The notes: a model not told the origin generated them from the letters alone. Counted from the stretch's first letter, positions 39,401 to 51,170 are shown. The stretch: DNA of 64,000 bases from Eledone cirrhosa (GCA_964016885.1 OZ024756.1:11346001-11410000); one strand, 5' to 3'. A program made the numbers and translations.

Positions 39401-42400
39401 AAATGAAAGCTGTGATGCAAGGGAAGAACGACTTTCTAGGCAAAGACAGAGGCAAACAGAGTCTCGGCAAAATGAAAGCTGTGGTGCAAGAGAAGAACGA
39501 CTTTCTAGGCAAAGACAGAGGCAAACAGAGTCTCGGCAAAATGAAAGCTGTGGTGCAAGAGAAGAAGGACTTTCTAGGCAAAGACAGAGGCAAACAGAGT
39601 CTCGGCAAAATGAAAGCTGTGATGCAAGGGAAGAACGACTTTCTAGGCAAAGACAGAGGCAAACAGAGTCTCGGCAAAATGAAAGCTGTGATGCAAGGGA
39701 AGAACGACTTTCTAGGCAAAGACAGAGGCAAACAGAGTCTCGGCAAAATGAAAGCTGTGGTGCAAGAGAAGAACGACTTTCTAGGCAAAGACAGAGGCAA
39801 ACAGAGTCTCGGCAAAATGAAAGCTGTGATGCAAGGGAAGAACGACTTTCTAGGCAAAGACAGAGGCAAACAGAGTCTCGGCAAAATGAAAGCTGTGATG
39901 CAAGGGAAGAACGACTTTCTAGGCAAAGACAGAGGCAAACAGAGTCTCGGCAAAATGAAAGCTGTGATGCAAGGGAAGAACGACTTTCTAGGCAAAGACA
40001 GAGGCAAACAGAGTCTCGGCAAAATGAAAGCTGTGGTGCAAGTGAAGAACGACTTTCTAGGCAAAGACAGAGGCAAACAGAGTCTCGGTAAAATGAAAGC
40101 TGTGGTGCAAGGGAAGAACGACTTTCTAGGCAAAGACAGAGGCAAACAGAGTCTCGGTAAAATGAAAGCGGTGATGCAAGGGAAGAACGACTTTCTAGGC
40201 AAAGACAGAGGCAAACAGAGTCTCGGCAAAATGAAAGCTGTGGTGCAAGTGAAGAACGACTTTCTAGGCAAAGACAGAGGCAAACAGAGTCTCGGCAAAA
40301 TGAAAGCTGTGATGCAAGGGAAGAACGACTTTCTAGGCAAAGACAGAGGCAAACAGAGTCTCGGCAAAATGAAAGCTGTGGTGCAAGTGAAGAACGACTT
40401 TCTAGGCAAAGACAGAGGCAAACAGAGTCTCGGTAAAATGAAAGCTGTGGTGCAAGGGAAGAACGACTTTCTAGGCAAAGACAGAGGCAAACAGAGTCTC
40501 GGTAAAATGAAAGCGGTGATGCAAGGGAAGAACGACATTCTAGTCAAAGACAGAGGCAAACAGAGTCTCGGCAAAATGAAAGCTGTGGTGCAAGGGAAGA
40601 ACGACTTTCTAGGCAAAGACAGAGGCAAACAGAGTCTCGGCAAAATGAAAGCTGTGGTGCAAGGGAAGAACGACCTTCTAGGCAAAGACAGAGGCAAACA
40701 GAGTCTCGGCAAAATGAAAGCTGTGATGCAAGGGAAGAACGACTTTCTAGGCAAAAACAGAGGCAAACAGAGTCTCGGTAAAATGAAAGCTGTGGTGCAA
40801 GGGAAGAACGACCTTCTAGGCAAAGACAGAGGCAAACAGAGTCTCGGTAAAATGAAAGCTGTGGTGCAAGGGAAGAACGACTTTTTAGTCAAAGACAGAG
40901 GCAAACAGAGTCTCGGCAAAATGAAAGGTGTGATGCAAGGGAAGAACGACTTTCTAGGCAAAGACAGAGGCAAACAGAGTCTCGGTAAAATGAAAGCTGT
41001 GGTGCAAGGGAAGAACGACCTTCTAGTCAAAGACAGAGGCAAACAGAGTCTCGGCAAAATGAAAGCTGTGGTGCAAGGGAAGAACGACTTTCTAGTCAAA
41101 GACAGAGGCAAACAGAGTCTCGGCAAAATGAAAGGTGTGATGCAAGGGAAGAGCGACTTTCTAGACAAAGACAGAGGCAAACAGAGTCTCGGCAAAATGA
41201 AAGCTGTGGTGCAAGGGAAGAAGGACTTTCTAGGCAAAGACAGAGGCAAACAGAGTCTCGGCAAAATGAAAGCTGTGGTGCAAGGGAAGAAGGACTTTCT
41301 AGACAAAGACAGAGGCAAACAGAGTCTCGGCAAAATGAAAGCTGTGGTGCAAGGGAAGAAGGACTTTCTAGACAAAGACCGAGGCAAACAGAGTCTCGGC
41401 AAAATGAAAGCTGTGGTGCAAGGGAAGAACGACTTTCTAGGCAAAGACAGAGGCAAACAGAGTCTCGGCAAAATGAAAGCTGTGGTGCAAGGGAAGAACG
41501 ACTTTCTAGACAAAGACAGAGGCAAACAGAGTCTCGGCAAAATGAAAGCTGTGGTGCAAGGGAAGAACGACTTTCTAGGCAAAGACAGAGGCAAACAGAG
41601 TCTCGGCAAAATGAAAGGTGTGGTGCAAGGGAAGAACGACTTTCTAGGCAAAGACAGAGGCAAACAGAGTCTCGGCAAAATGAAAGCTGTGGTGCAAGGG
41701 AAGAACGACTTTCTAGGCAAAGACAGAGGCAAACAGAGTCTCGGCAAAATGAAAGCTGTGGTGCAAGGGAAGAACGACTTTCTAGGCAAAGACAGAGGCA
41801 AACAGAGTCTCGGCAAAATGAAAGCTGTGGTGCAAGGGAAGAACGACTTTCTAGGCAAAGACAGAGGCAAACAGAGTCTCGGCAAAATGAAAGCTGTGGT
41901 GCAAGGGAAGAACGACTTTCTAGGCAAAGACAGAGGCAAACAGAGTCTCGGCAAAATGAAAGCTGTGGTGCAAGGGAAGAACGACTTTCTAGGCAAAGAC
42001 AGAGGCAAACAGAGTCTCGGCAAAATGAAAGCTGTGGTGCAAGGGAAGAACGACTTTCTAGGCAAAGACAGAGGCAAACAGAGTCTCGGCAAAATGAAAG
42101 CTGTGGTGCAAGGGAAGAACGACTTTCTAGGCAAAGACAGAGGCAAACAGAGTCTCGGCAAAATGAAAGCTGTGGTGCAAGGGAAGAACGACTTTCTAGG
42201 CAAAGACAGAGGCAAACAGAGTCTCGGCAAAATGAAAGCTGTGGTGCAAGGGAAGAACGACTTTCTAGGCAAAGACAGAGGCAAACAGAGTCTCGGCAAA
42301 ATGAAAGGTGTGGTGCAAGGGAAGAACGACTTTCTAGGCAAAGACAGAGGCAAACAGAGTCTCGGCAAAATGAAAGCTGTGGTGCAAGGGAAGAACGACT

Positions 42401-44238
42401 TTCTAGGCAAAGACAGAGGCAAACAGAGTCTCGGCAAAATGAAAGCTGTGGTGCAAGGGAAGAACGACTTTCTAGGCAAAGACAGAGGCAAACAGAGTCT
42501 CGGCAAAATGAAAGCTGTGGTGCAAGGGAAGAACGACTTTCTAGGCAAAGACAGAGGCAAACAGAGTCTCGGCAAAATGAAAGCTGTGGTGCAAGGGAAG
42601 AACGACTTTCTAGGCAAAGACAGAGGCAAACAGAGTCTCGGCAAAATGAAAGCTGTGGTGCAAGGGAAGAACGACTTTCTAGGCAAAGACAGAGGCAAAC
42701 AGAGTCTCGGCAAAATGAAAGCTGTGGTGCAAGGGAAGAACGACTTTCTAGGCAAAGACAGAGGCAAACAGAGTCTCGGCAAAATGAAAGCTGTGGTGCA
42801 AGGGAAGAACGACTTTCTAGGCAAAGACAGAGGCAAACAGAGTCTCGGTAAAATGAAAGCTGTGGTGCAAGGGAAGAACGACTTTCTAGGCAAAGACAGA
42901 GGCAAACAGAGTCTCGGCAAAATGAAAGCTGTGGTGCAAGGGAAGAACGACTTTCTAGGCAAAGACAGAGGCAAACAGAGTCTCGGTAAAATGAAAGCGG
43001 TGATGCAAGGGAAGAACGACTTTCTAGGCAAAGACAGAGGCAAACAGAGTCTCGGCAAAATGAAAGCTGTGATGCAAGGGAAGAACGACTTTCTAGGCAA
43101 AGACAGAGGCAAACAGAGTCTCGGCAAAATGAAAGCTGTGGTGCAAGGGAAGAACGACCTTCTAGGCAAAGACAGAGGCAAACAGAGTCTCGGCAAAATG
43201 AAAGCTGTGATGCAAGGGAAGAACGACTTTCTAGGCAAAAGCAGAGGCAAACAGAGTCTCGGTAAAATGAAAGCTGTGGTGCAAGGGAAGAACGACCTTC
43301 TAGGCAAAGACAGAGGCAAACAGAGTCTCGGCAAAATGAAAGCTGTGGTGCAAGGGAAGAACGACTTTCTAGGCAAAGACAGAGGCAAACAGAGTCTCGG
43401 CAAAATGAAAGCTGTGGTGCAAGGGAAGAACGACTTTCTAGGCAAAGACAGAGGCAAACAGAGTCTCGGCAAAATGAAAGCTGTGGTGCAAGGGAAGAAC
43501 GACTTTCTAGGCAAAGACAGAGGCAAACAGAGTCTCGGCAAAATGAAAGCTGTGGTGCAAGGGAAGAACGACTTTCTAGGCAAAGACAGAGGCAAACAGA
43601 GTCTTGGTAAAATGAAAGCTGTGGTGCAAGGGAAGAACGACTTTCTAGGCAAAGACAGAGGCAAACAGAGTCTCGGCAAAATGAAAGCTGTGATGCAAGG
43701 GAAGAACGACTTTCTAGGCAAAGACAGAGGCAAACAGAGTCTCGGCAAAATGAAAGCTGTGGTGCAAGGGAAGAACGACTTTCTAGGCAAAGACAGAGGC
43801 AAACAGAGTCTCGGTAAAATGAAAGCTGTGGTGCAAGGGAAGAACGACTTTCTAGGCAAAGACAGAGGCAAACAGAGTCTCGGTAAAACGAAAGCTGTGA
43901 TGCAAGGGAAGAACGACTTTCTAGGCAAAGACAGAGGCAAACAGAGTCTCGGTAAAATGAAAGCTGTGGTGCAAGGGAAGAACGACTTTCTAGGCAAAGA
44001 CAGAGGCAAACAGAGTCTCGGTAAAATGAAAGCTGTGAATCAAAGGAAGAACGACTTTATAGTCAAAGACAGAGGCAAACAGAGTCTCGGTAAAATGAAA
44101 GCTGTGATGCAAAGGAAGAACGACTTTATAGTCAAAGACAGAGGCAAACAGAGTCTCGGTAAAATGAAAGCTGTGATGCAAGGGAAGAACGACTTTATAG
44201 TCAAAGACAGAGGCAAACAGAGTCTCGGTAAAATGAAA
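9134..44238 (+). repeat. 69-bp satellite array, about 509 units, with higher-order structure
   Basis: Consensus GAAAGCTGTGGTGCAAGGGAAGAACGACTTTCTAGGCAAAGACAGAGGCAAACAGAGTCTCGGCAAAAT, head-to-tail with few substitutions. Confidence 0.99.
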
Positions 44239-44348
44239 CCTTTGGTGAGCATCAGGAAAGACAGGAACAAGATAGTTTTCGTCATATAGTTGCAAGAAGA
44301 AATGACTCTGAAGATAAAAGACAACAGCGTTTGATTGCTGATGTGTGA
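44232..44348 (+). pseudogene. Diverged STPR-like repeats continuing after the array
   Basis: Same frame as the ESCGAREERL reading: NETFGEHQERQEQDSFRHIVARR-NDSEDKRQQRLIADV*, keeping the 23-aa spacing. Confidence 0.65.
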
Positions 44349-44394
44349 AACACAGCAAGGCGCGGGTAATTCGGCTAGTATATATATATATATA

Positions 44395-44920
44395 CGGTAG
44401 CCACGGAATAGGCAGACCCAGAAAAACCTGGGACGAGCTGATAAATTCCGACCTCACACACTTACACCTCACCAAGACAATGTCACTGGACCGAGACCTT
44501 TGGCGGTACTCAGTAATAGAGAAGACCCGCCTTACCTAAATACAAAGTAAAACCTACTACAGTCAGTAGGCATCTCTAATAAAATACACCCCCCTCCCAT
44601 CCACACTGCCCCTTTCAATGTAAAGTTATGTTGGTGCCACAACATCCAGGCCGAAACAAATGAGATCGTGTAGGTGTCACGTAAAAAAAACACACAGTTC
44701 ACGCTGTAATGTGGCCGTGTAGGCAACACGGTAAAAACCTCCTAGCCCCACACTGTAAATGTGGTTGGTGTTAGGAAGGGCATCCAGCTGTAGAAAACCC
44801 GCCAGATAGTCCTATGCGAGCAAGATAACCACTCTTGCCTCAAGTGGGAAAACCCTCCGTCCAAACCCATGCAAGCATGGAACACGGACGTTAAACGATG
44901 ATGATGATGATGATGATGAT
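44395..44920 (+). mobile_element. RTE-type LINE 3' end followed by a SINE-B-like tail
   Basis: GRPRKTWDELINSDL...DRDLWR; downstream GGTTGGTGTTAGGAAGGGCATCCAGCTGTAGAAA and (GAT)n tail. Confidence 0.7.
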
Positions 44921-44942
44921 ATACCTACGCACACACACATAG

Positions 44943-44992
<50 letters not shown>

Positions 44993-45553
44993 TACACAAG
45001 TATCAAAGTTATGTTCAAAGCATTTAATCGCTGACAATTGTTTCTTTCAAACTTTAGTTTGGAATCATCACAGCATTAGCAATGTTTGTACATATAATTA
45101 ACCTATTCAACTGAACAATCATATAGATATATATATATTGATGTTGTGAACAACAGTTTAGTATTTACAGGGTGGAATGGATGCGACATATATTATACGA
45201 GAATTGTACAATAATTAAAATTAAAATTAAAATTACAGAGTGGAATACATGCGACAGATAATACAAGAGAATAGTCTAATAATTAAAGAGGCATTGAGAA
45301 AGAAGTACATATTAAAGCATGTAGAGATTGTACATGCGTTATACATATATATATATATATATATATGGGAAGGAAACAAGCATACTTGTGATATTTGTGT
45401 AATTTATATTCCTGCTCTGTAAAACACCTGATGTTCTTACATTGAGCTATTTCTCTTACTGGTAATAAGGTAGTAATAAATTACTGACCTTTCCTGTTTA
45501 TAGTTATTTATAGTATAGTATATACATAACTATAAATAGTATCTTTATATATA

Positions 45554-45741
45554 AAGGGCAGTGGATTGGCAGTATCAGTAGAGGGTCAGACGCCATGCTT
45601 TCTAGCATAGAGTTACGTCCCTTTACGTACTGAGTTCAAATCCCTCTAAGGTTAACTTTGCCTTTCATCCTTACGGGGTCGATAAAATAAAGTACCAGTA
45701 ATGTACTGGGTTATTGCTGGCCTTGTGCCAAAAGTAGAAAC

Positions 45742-45747
<6 letters not shown>
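45554..45747 (+). mobile_element. tRNA-derived SINE, family A
   Basis: Matches 626-810. Confidence 0.85.
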
Positions 45748-45790
<43 letters not shown>

Positions 45791-45939
45791 ATTAAATAAA
45801 TGGAAACTATATTTATAAAACCATATTTATTTCATTATATATATTTCGGGGATATCATATTAAACAATATGCTATGCCTTCCTCAGACAAATTACAATAT
45901 AAACAGTTTTATAGATAAATAGATTCGACATACCGTTAT

Positions 45940-46419
45940 AGGAACTTAAAACCTAGTGATAATAGCATAAATAATATACAAGTTAACAAATGTAACTGTA
46001 GAGATAGATCTAAATGTCCGTTAAATAACAACTGCTTAGTTAAAAATATAGTATACAATTGTAATGTTAATACTGACTCTAATTCTTTTAACTACGTCGG
46101 TTCCACATCGACGGAATTTAAACTTCGCTATAATAACCACAAGAATTCTTTCACAGACCCAAGTAAAAAATCTTCAACGGCACTATCAGGCGTACTCTGG
46201 CAACTTAAGCTAGATAACGTTAGATATTCGACGGCTTGGAATATAGTCTCAAGGGGGATTCCTTTTAATTCATCCTCTGAGACATGTGACCTCTGCGCAG
46301 AGGAGATATTCTTTATACTAAAATCTAAAAATTCCCTTAATCTACGGACAAATTTATTCAGTTGTTGCAAACATAGATTAAACTCAACGTTTAAATATAA
46401 ATTTAAATTTAAAATATAG
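45940..46419 (+). pseudogene. Cys-rich linker + GIY-YIG endonuclease of a Naiad-like PLE (absent from ORF track)
   Basis: Manual translation, stop-free: KCNCRDRSKCPLNNNCLVKNIVYNC...YVGSTSTEFKLRYNNHKNSF...CDLCAEEIFFI...LNLRTNLFSCCKHR. Confidence 0.88.
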
Positions 46420-47571
46420 TATATTTAGTTTGATTTATATTTATATGTGAAACTAGCCGATAAATTTTTGATTCCTAAATTTTTGATTCCTTCTTTTTAT
46501 TCTTTTTCATTGTTTATTTTATTTTATTTTTATTTAAACATTCCTCATGAAAAATTAAGCTACCCTAAAAGCTGATGCTCCAAATATTTTGAATAAACCT
46601 TACACTAGATAAACTTCTATATTAAATATAAGAACACATGTAGACCATATTGGACATCATAAACTTTTTGAAATGATCTTTGCTGGATGTGATTTGATAG
46701 ATAATTTTTGGCTTTGTCTTATAATGAACTTGGCAATATATTGTCAATTAATTTTGAAGGGTTGATCTTTGTGGTTTATTTTTATTTTTTATTTTTTTAT
46801 TATTGTAGTATTTTATAATTTTTTATATTTTTTATTTTTATTTTTAATATCTTTAATATGTAAATTTTTTAATACGTAATATTTTTTAATACGTAATATT
46901 TTTTAGTATGTAATATTTTTAATATTTTTAATATGTAATATTCTTTCGTAATATTTTTAGTTTTCTATTTTATTATTACTTATTATTATTATTGTTATCT
47001 TTTTATTTTTAGTTTTATTTCTGATATATATTTTTATTAGTATATTGAAATCTGCTCTCTATTTCTGCTTGATAGATAATCTTGTAGAGTAAAGACAGGA
47101 ATAATAATACACATATATGTATACTCAAATTTTTATACCACATTGAGAATGTTTTCCGTGAGCTTAGAGTTTGCAGAGTTGATAATGTGGATTCGCATGG
47201 CTGTTTGTAGCTATAACATAAACATATGAATTTTTTTAAAAAACTAAACATAAGATAATTAATTTTCACACACTATGGATACTTGTCTCATTCAGGAATA
47301 CTGATATTTACAATATAGTGGAAGTTTTATGAATTCTAATACATTAAGACATAGGGTTTTTACGCCTCGAATATATCTGGCTATTTTTAAATTTTTTCTC
47401 TCGCTATTTTTTTTCTCTCTCTATATTTTTTTCTCTCTATATATATCTCCCTTACATTAATACTAGAGCTAAATAAATAAATAAATAAATAAATGTATCA
47501 TTGATACATTTACTCAAAATCGACCTCCCACTACCTAATTTTCTATATATATATGTATCTATCTCTATTTC

Positions 47572-47607
<36 letters not shown>

Positions 47608-47842
47608 CTTTCTGTTTCTTTACATGAAGTTCTTCTCTTTATCTATCTTTCCATCTCTATATTTTGTTCCATCTTTTTCTTCCTTTTCTTCGTTTTCTGT
47701 CTTTCTTTCTTTTTTTTTTTTCTATCTTTCTTTCTCTCTGTATAAAATTTTTTCACTGCCAGCTTAACCTCTTCAAATGCAAGTCGGTGTTATAACGGTA
47801 TGTCGAATCTATTTATCTATAAAATTGTTTATATTGTATTTT

Positions 47843-47892
47843 GTCTGAGGAAGGCATAGCATATTGTTTAATATGATATCCCCGAAATATAT
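47843..47892 (+). ncRNA. Hammerhead-like motif in PLE tail
   Basis: GT-CTGAGGA-AGG...CCC-GAAA-TATA; weak stems; mirrored in the left arm. Confidence 0.35.
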
Positions 47893-48033
47893 ATAATGAA
47901 ATAAATATGGTTTTATAAATATAGTTTCCATTTATTTAATATTGTAAATATACTCCAAATATTTGTCGAGTGCTTTTATATCAGTTATAAATATTTACTA
48001 GTTGTAACCCAACAATTTTAAATATAACTTTCC

Positions 48034-48065
<32 letters not shown>

Positions 48066-48125
48066 AGGTATATATATATATATATATGTGTGTGTAGGTA
48101 TATATATATCTATGTGTGTGTGTGT

Positions 48126-48165
<40 letters not shown>

Positions 48166-48265
48166 CTACACACACACACACACACATAGATATATAGATA
48201 TATATTAGAAAGTGAGGTTTTTTTTACAAAATGAAAAAAACCGATGTGTCCTTCATGAGTGAGAG

Positions 48266-48387
48266 TATAAGGAAAAAAGATGAAATCGAAAATGCAACTG
48301 AAGTCTTTTTTATAAAAATATATAATTATTTATATTTTTATAAAAAAGACTCCAGTTGCATTTTCGATTTCATCTTTTTTCCTTATA
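48266..48387. repeat. Near-perfect ~120-bp palindrome
   Basis: TATAAGGAAAAAAGATGAAATCGAAAATGCAACTG...CAGTTGCATTTTCGATTTCATCTTTTTTCCTTATA. Confidence 0.9.
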
Positions 48388-48393
48388 TATATA

Positions 48394-48544
48394 TCATCAT
48401 CATTTCATCATCATTTCATTTTACGTCCGTTTTTTCCCTGCTTGCAAGGGTGGGACAGGAACTGATTTTGGCTTGATTTCTACAGCTGGATGCCCTTCCT
48501 AACACCAACCTCATTTACAGTGAGTGCTAAGCCATGTGCCTCCA
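48394..48544 (-). mobile_element. Internally deleted SINE family B
   Basis: Tail matches 260-395 and joins directly to the head end CCATGTGCCTCCA. Confidence 0.75.
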
Positions 48545-48970
48545 TATATATATATATATATATACATATATATATACATATATACATATATATATATACC
48601 TACACACGCACACATATATACCTACATACACACACACACACATATATATACCTATATATACACACACACATATATACCTACACACACAACACACATATAT
48701 GTGTGCGTGTGTGTGTCTGTGTATGTCATATGTCATGTGTTTGTGTGTCTGTGTATGCCGTATATGTGTGTATGTTTCTGTGTATGTCATATGTATATAT
48801 GTGCATGTGTTTCTGTGTGTTAGATGGGTTTGTCCCATTTGAAGCAAGTTGGTTCGGGTGACCGTGTCTCACTCGTATAGGACTGTTTCTGGCTGGTTTT
48901 CTACAACTGAATGCCCTTCCTAATGTCAACCACATTTATATATATGTGTTTCTGTGTGTGTCATCTGTAT

Positions 48971-50783
48971 GTATAGGTGTCATGACAACAAGCACCCAGC
49001 CCACACTGTAAAGTGGTCATGTAGGTGTCATGACAACAAGCACCCAGTCCACACTGTAAAGTGGTCATGTAGGTGTCATGACAAAAAGCACCCAGTCCAC
49101 TCTGTAAAGTGGTCCTGTAGGTGTCATGACAAAAAGCACCCAGTCCACACTGTAAAGTGGTCATGTAGGTGTCATGACAACAAGCACCCAGTCCACTCTG
49201 TAAAGTGGTCCTGTAGGTGTCATGACAACAAGCACCCAGTCCACACTGTAAAGTGGTCATGTAGGTGTCATGACAACAAGCACCCAGTCCACACTGTAAA
49301 GTGGTCATGTAGGTGTCATGACAACAAGCACCCAGTCCACACTGTAAAGTGGTCATGTAGGTGTCATGACAACAAGCACCCAGTCCACTCTGTAAAGTGG
49401 TCATGTAGGTGTCATGACAACAAGCACCCAGTCCACACTGTAAAGTGGTCATGTAGGTGTCATGACAACAAGCACCCAGTCCACTCTGTAAAGTGGTCCT
49501 GTAGGTGTCATGACAAGCACCCAGTCCACACTGTAAAGTGGTCATGTAGGTGTCATGACAACAAGCACCCAGTCCACACTGTAAAGTGGTCATGTAGGTG
49601 TCATGACAACAAGCACCCAGTCCACTCTGTAAAGTGGTCATGTAGGTGTCATGACAACAAGCACCCAGTCCACACTGTAAAGTGGTCATGTAGGTGTCAT
49701 GACAACAAGCACCCAGTCCACACTGTAAAGTGGTCATGTAGGTGTCATGACAACAAGCACCCAGTCCACTCTGTAAAGTGGTCCTGTAGGTGTCATGACA
49801 ACAAGCACCCAGTCCACACTGTAAAGTGGTCATGTAGGTGTCATGACAACAAGCACCCAGTCCACACTGTAAAGTGGTCATGTAGGTGTCATGACAAAAA
49901 GCACCCAGTCCACACTGTAGAGTGGCCGTGTAGGTGTCATGACACAGAGCACCCAGTCCACTCTGTAAAGTGGTCATGTAGGTGTCATGACAAAAAGCAC
50001 CCAGTCCACACTGTAAAGTGGTTATGTAGGTGACATGACAAAAAGCACCCAGTCCACACTGTAAAGTGGTCATGTAGGTGTCATGACAACAAGCACCCAG
50101 TCCACACTGTAAAGTGGTCATGTAGGTGTCATGACAAAAAGCACCCAGTCCACACTGTAAAGTGGTCATGTAGGTGTCATGACAACAAGCACCCAGTCCA
50201 CTCTGTAAAGTGGTCCTGTAGGTGTCATGACAACAAGCACCCAGTCCACACTGTAAAGTGGTCATGTAGGTGTCATGACAACAAGCACCCAGTCCACACT
50301 GTAAAGTGGTCATGTAGGTGTCATGACAAAAAGCACCCAGTCCACACTGTAGAGTGGCCGTGTAGGTGTCATGACACAGAGCACCCAGTCCACTCTGTAA
50401 AGTGGTCCTGTAGGTGTCATGACAAAAAGCACCCAGTCCACACTGTAAAGTGGTCGTGTAGGTGACATGACAAAAAGCACCCAGTCCACACTGTAAAGTG
50501 GTCATGTAGGTGTCATGACAAAAAGCACCCAGTCCACACTGTAGAGTGGCCGTGTAGGTGTCATGACAAAAAAGCACCCAGTCCACACTGTAAAGTGATC
50601 ATGTAGGTGTCATGACAAAAAGCACCCAGTACACACTGTAAAGTGGTCATGTAGGTGTCATGACAAAAAGCACCTAGTCCACACTGTAAAGTGGTCATGT
50701 AGGTGTCATGACAACAAACACCCAGTCCACACTGTAAAGTGGTCATGTAGGTGTCATGACAAAAAGCACCCAGTCCACTCTGT
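48971..50783 (+). repeat. 48-bp minisatellite, about 38 copies, derived from SINE-B interior
   Basis: Unit GTAGGTGTCATGACAACAAGCACCCAGTCCACACTGTAAAGTGGTCAT; runs directly into a SINE tail. Confidence 0.95.
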
Positions 50784-50956
50784 AAATGTGGTTGGCATAA
50801 GGAAGGACATCCAGTCGTAGAAATCAAGCCAAAATCAATTCTGTATGGGCGAGACACGTTCCTCCGACTTGATCTTCCACAAAGGGACAGCCCACCCTAC
50901 CCATGTTAGCATGGAAAATGGGCTTTAAACAATGATGATGATGATGATGATGATGA
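50784..50956 (+). mobile_element. SINE-B-related 3' tail
   Basis: GTGGTTGGCATAAGGAAGGACATCCAGTCGTAGAAA...(GAT)n. Confidence 0.7.
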
Positions 50957-51129
50957 CACAAGATCAAAATAAATACTCGAGTCGATATGGTCAAATAAAA
51001 ACTCTTTGACAGTATTGATGGACTACTGTCAAATGACTGAAGTGAAAGAGTACATTTTGCTGGATATGTAAGAAGTAAAATTGACCAGATCCCAGGCATC
51101 TTGGTCTCTAAAGAGCATCTTAGACAATG

Positions 51130-51170
51130 TCTCTCTTTATCTCCTTGTCTCTCTCTCTCTTGCACACTCT

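Larger units (their letters stand above)
8603..44378 (+). mobile_element. Non-autonomous Helitron carrying a 35-kb internal satellite
   Basis: 5' TATATATAAAGATAAAGTTCCTGTCTGTTTGTT...(TTTG)n; 3' GC-rich CAGCAAGGCGCGGGTAATTCGG-CTAG followed by T; internal ORF start MPWKRKS..AKRMRLR with 23-aa repeats; canonical 5' TC not visible. Confidence 0.7.
45785..48033 (+). mobile_element. 5'-truncated Naiad-like Penelope element with 5' inverted arm
   Basis: 45785-45940 is the reverse complement of 47791-47946; a GIY-YIG coding fragment starts right after the left arm; (TA)n on both sides. Confidence 0.8.

Noticed and set aside
9134-44238. CRISPR-like array
   Set aside because: No unique spacers, no cas genes, eukaryotic context
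9141-44289. Giant ORFs (MKAVVQGKNDFLGKDRGKQSLGK and the antisense LPRLCLPLSLPRKSFFPC repeats) as real proteins
   Set aside because: A 69-bp unit without a stop in those frames gives long ORFs automatically; the flanks support only the ESCGAREERL frame
46128-46370. Minus-strand 80-aa ORF
   Set aside because: Antisense shadow of the plus-strand GIY-YIG frame
48954-50586. Cys/His-rich metal-binding repeat protein
   Set aside because: Translation of a SINE-derived 48-bp minisatellite
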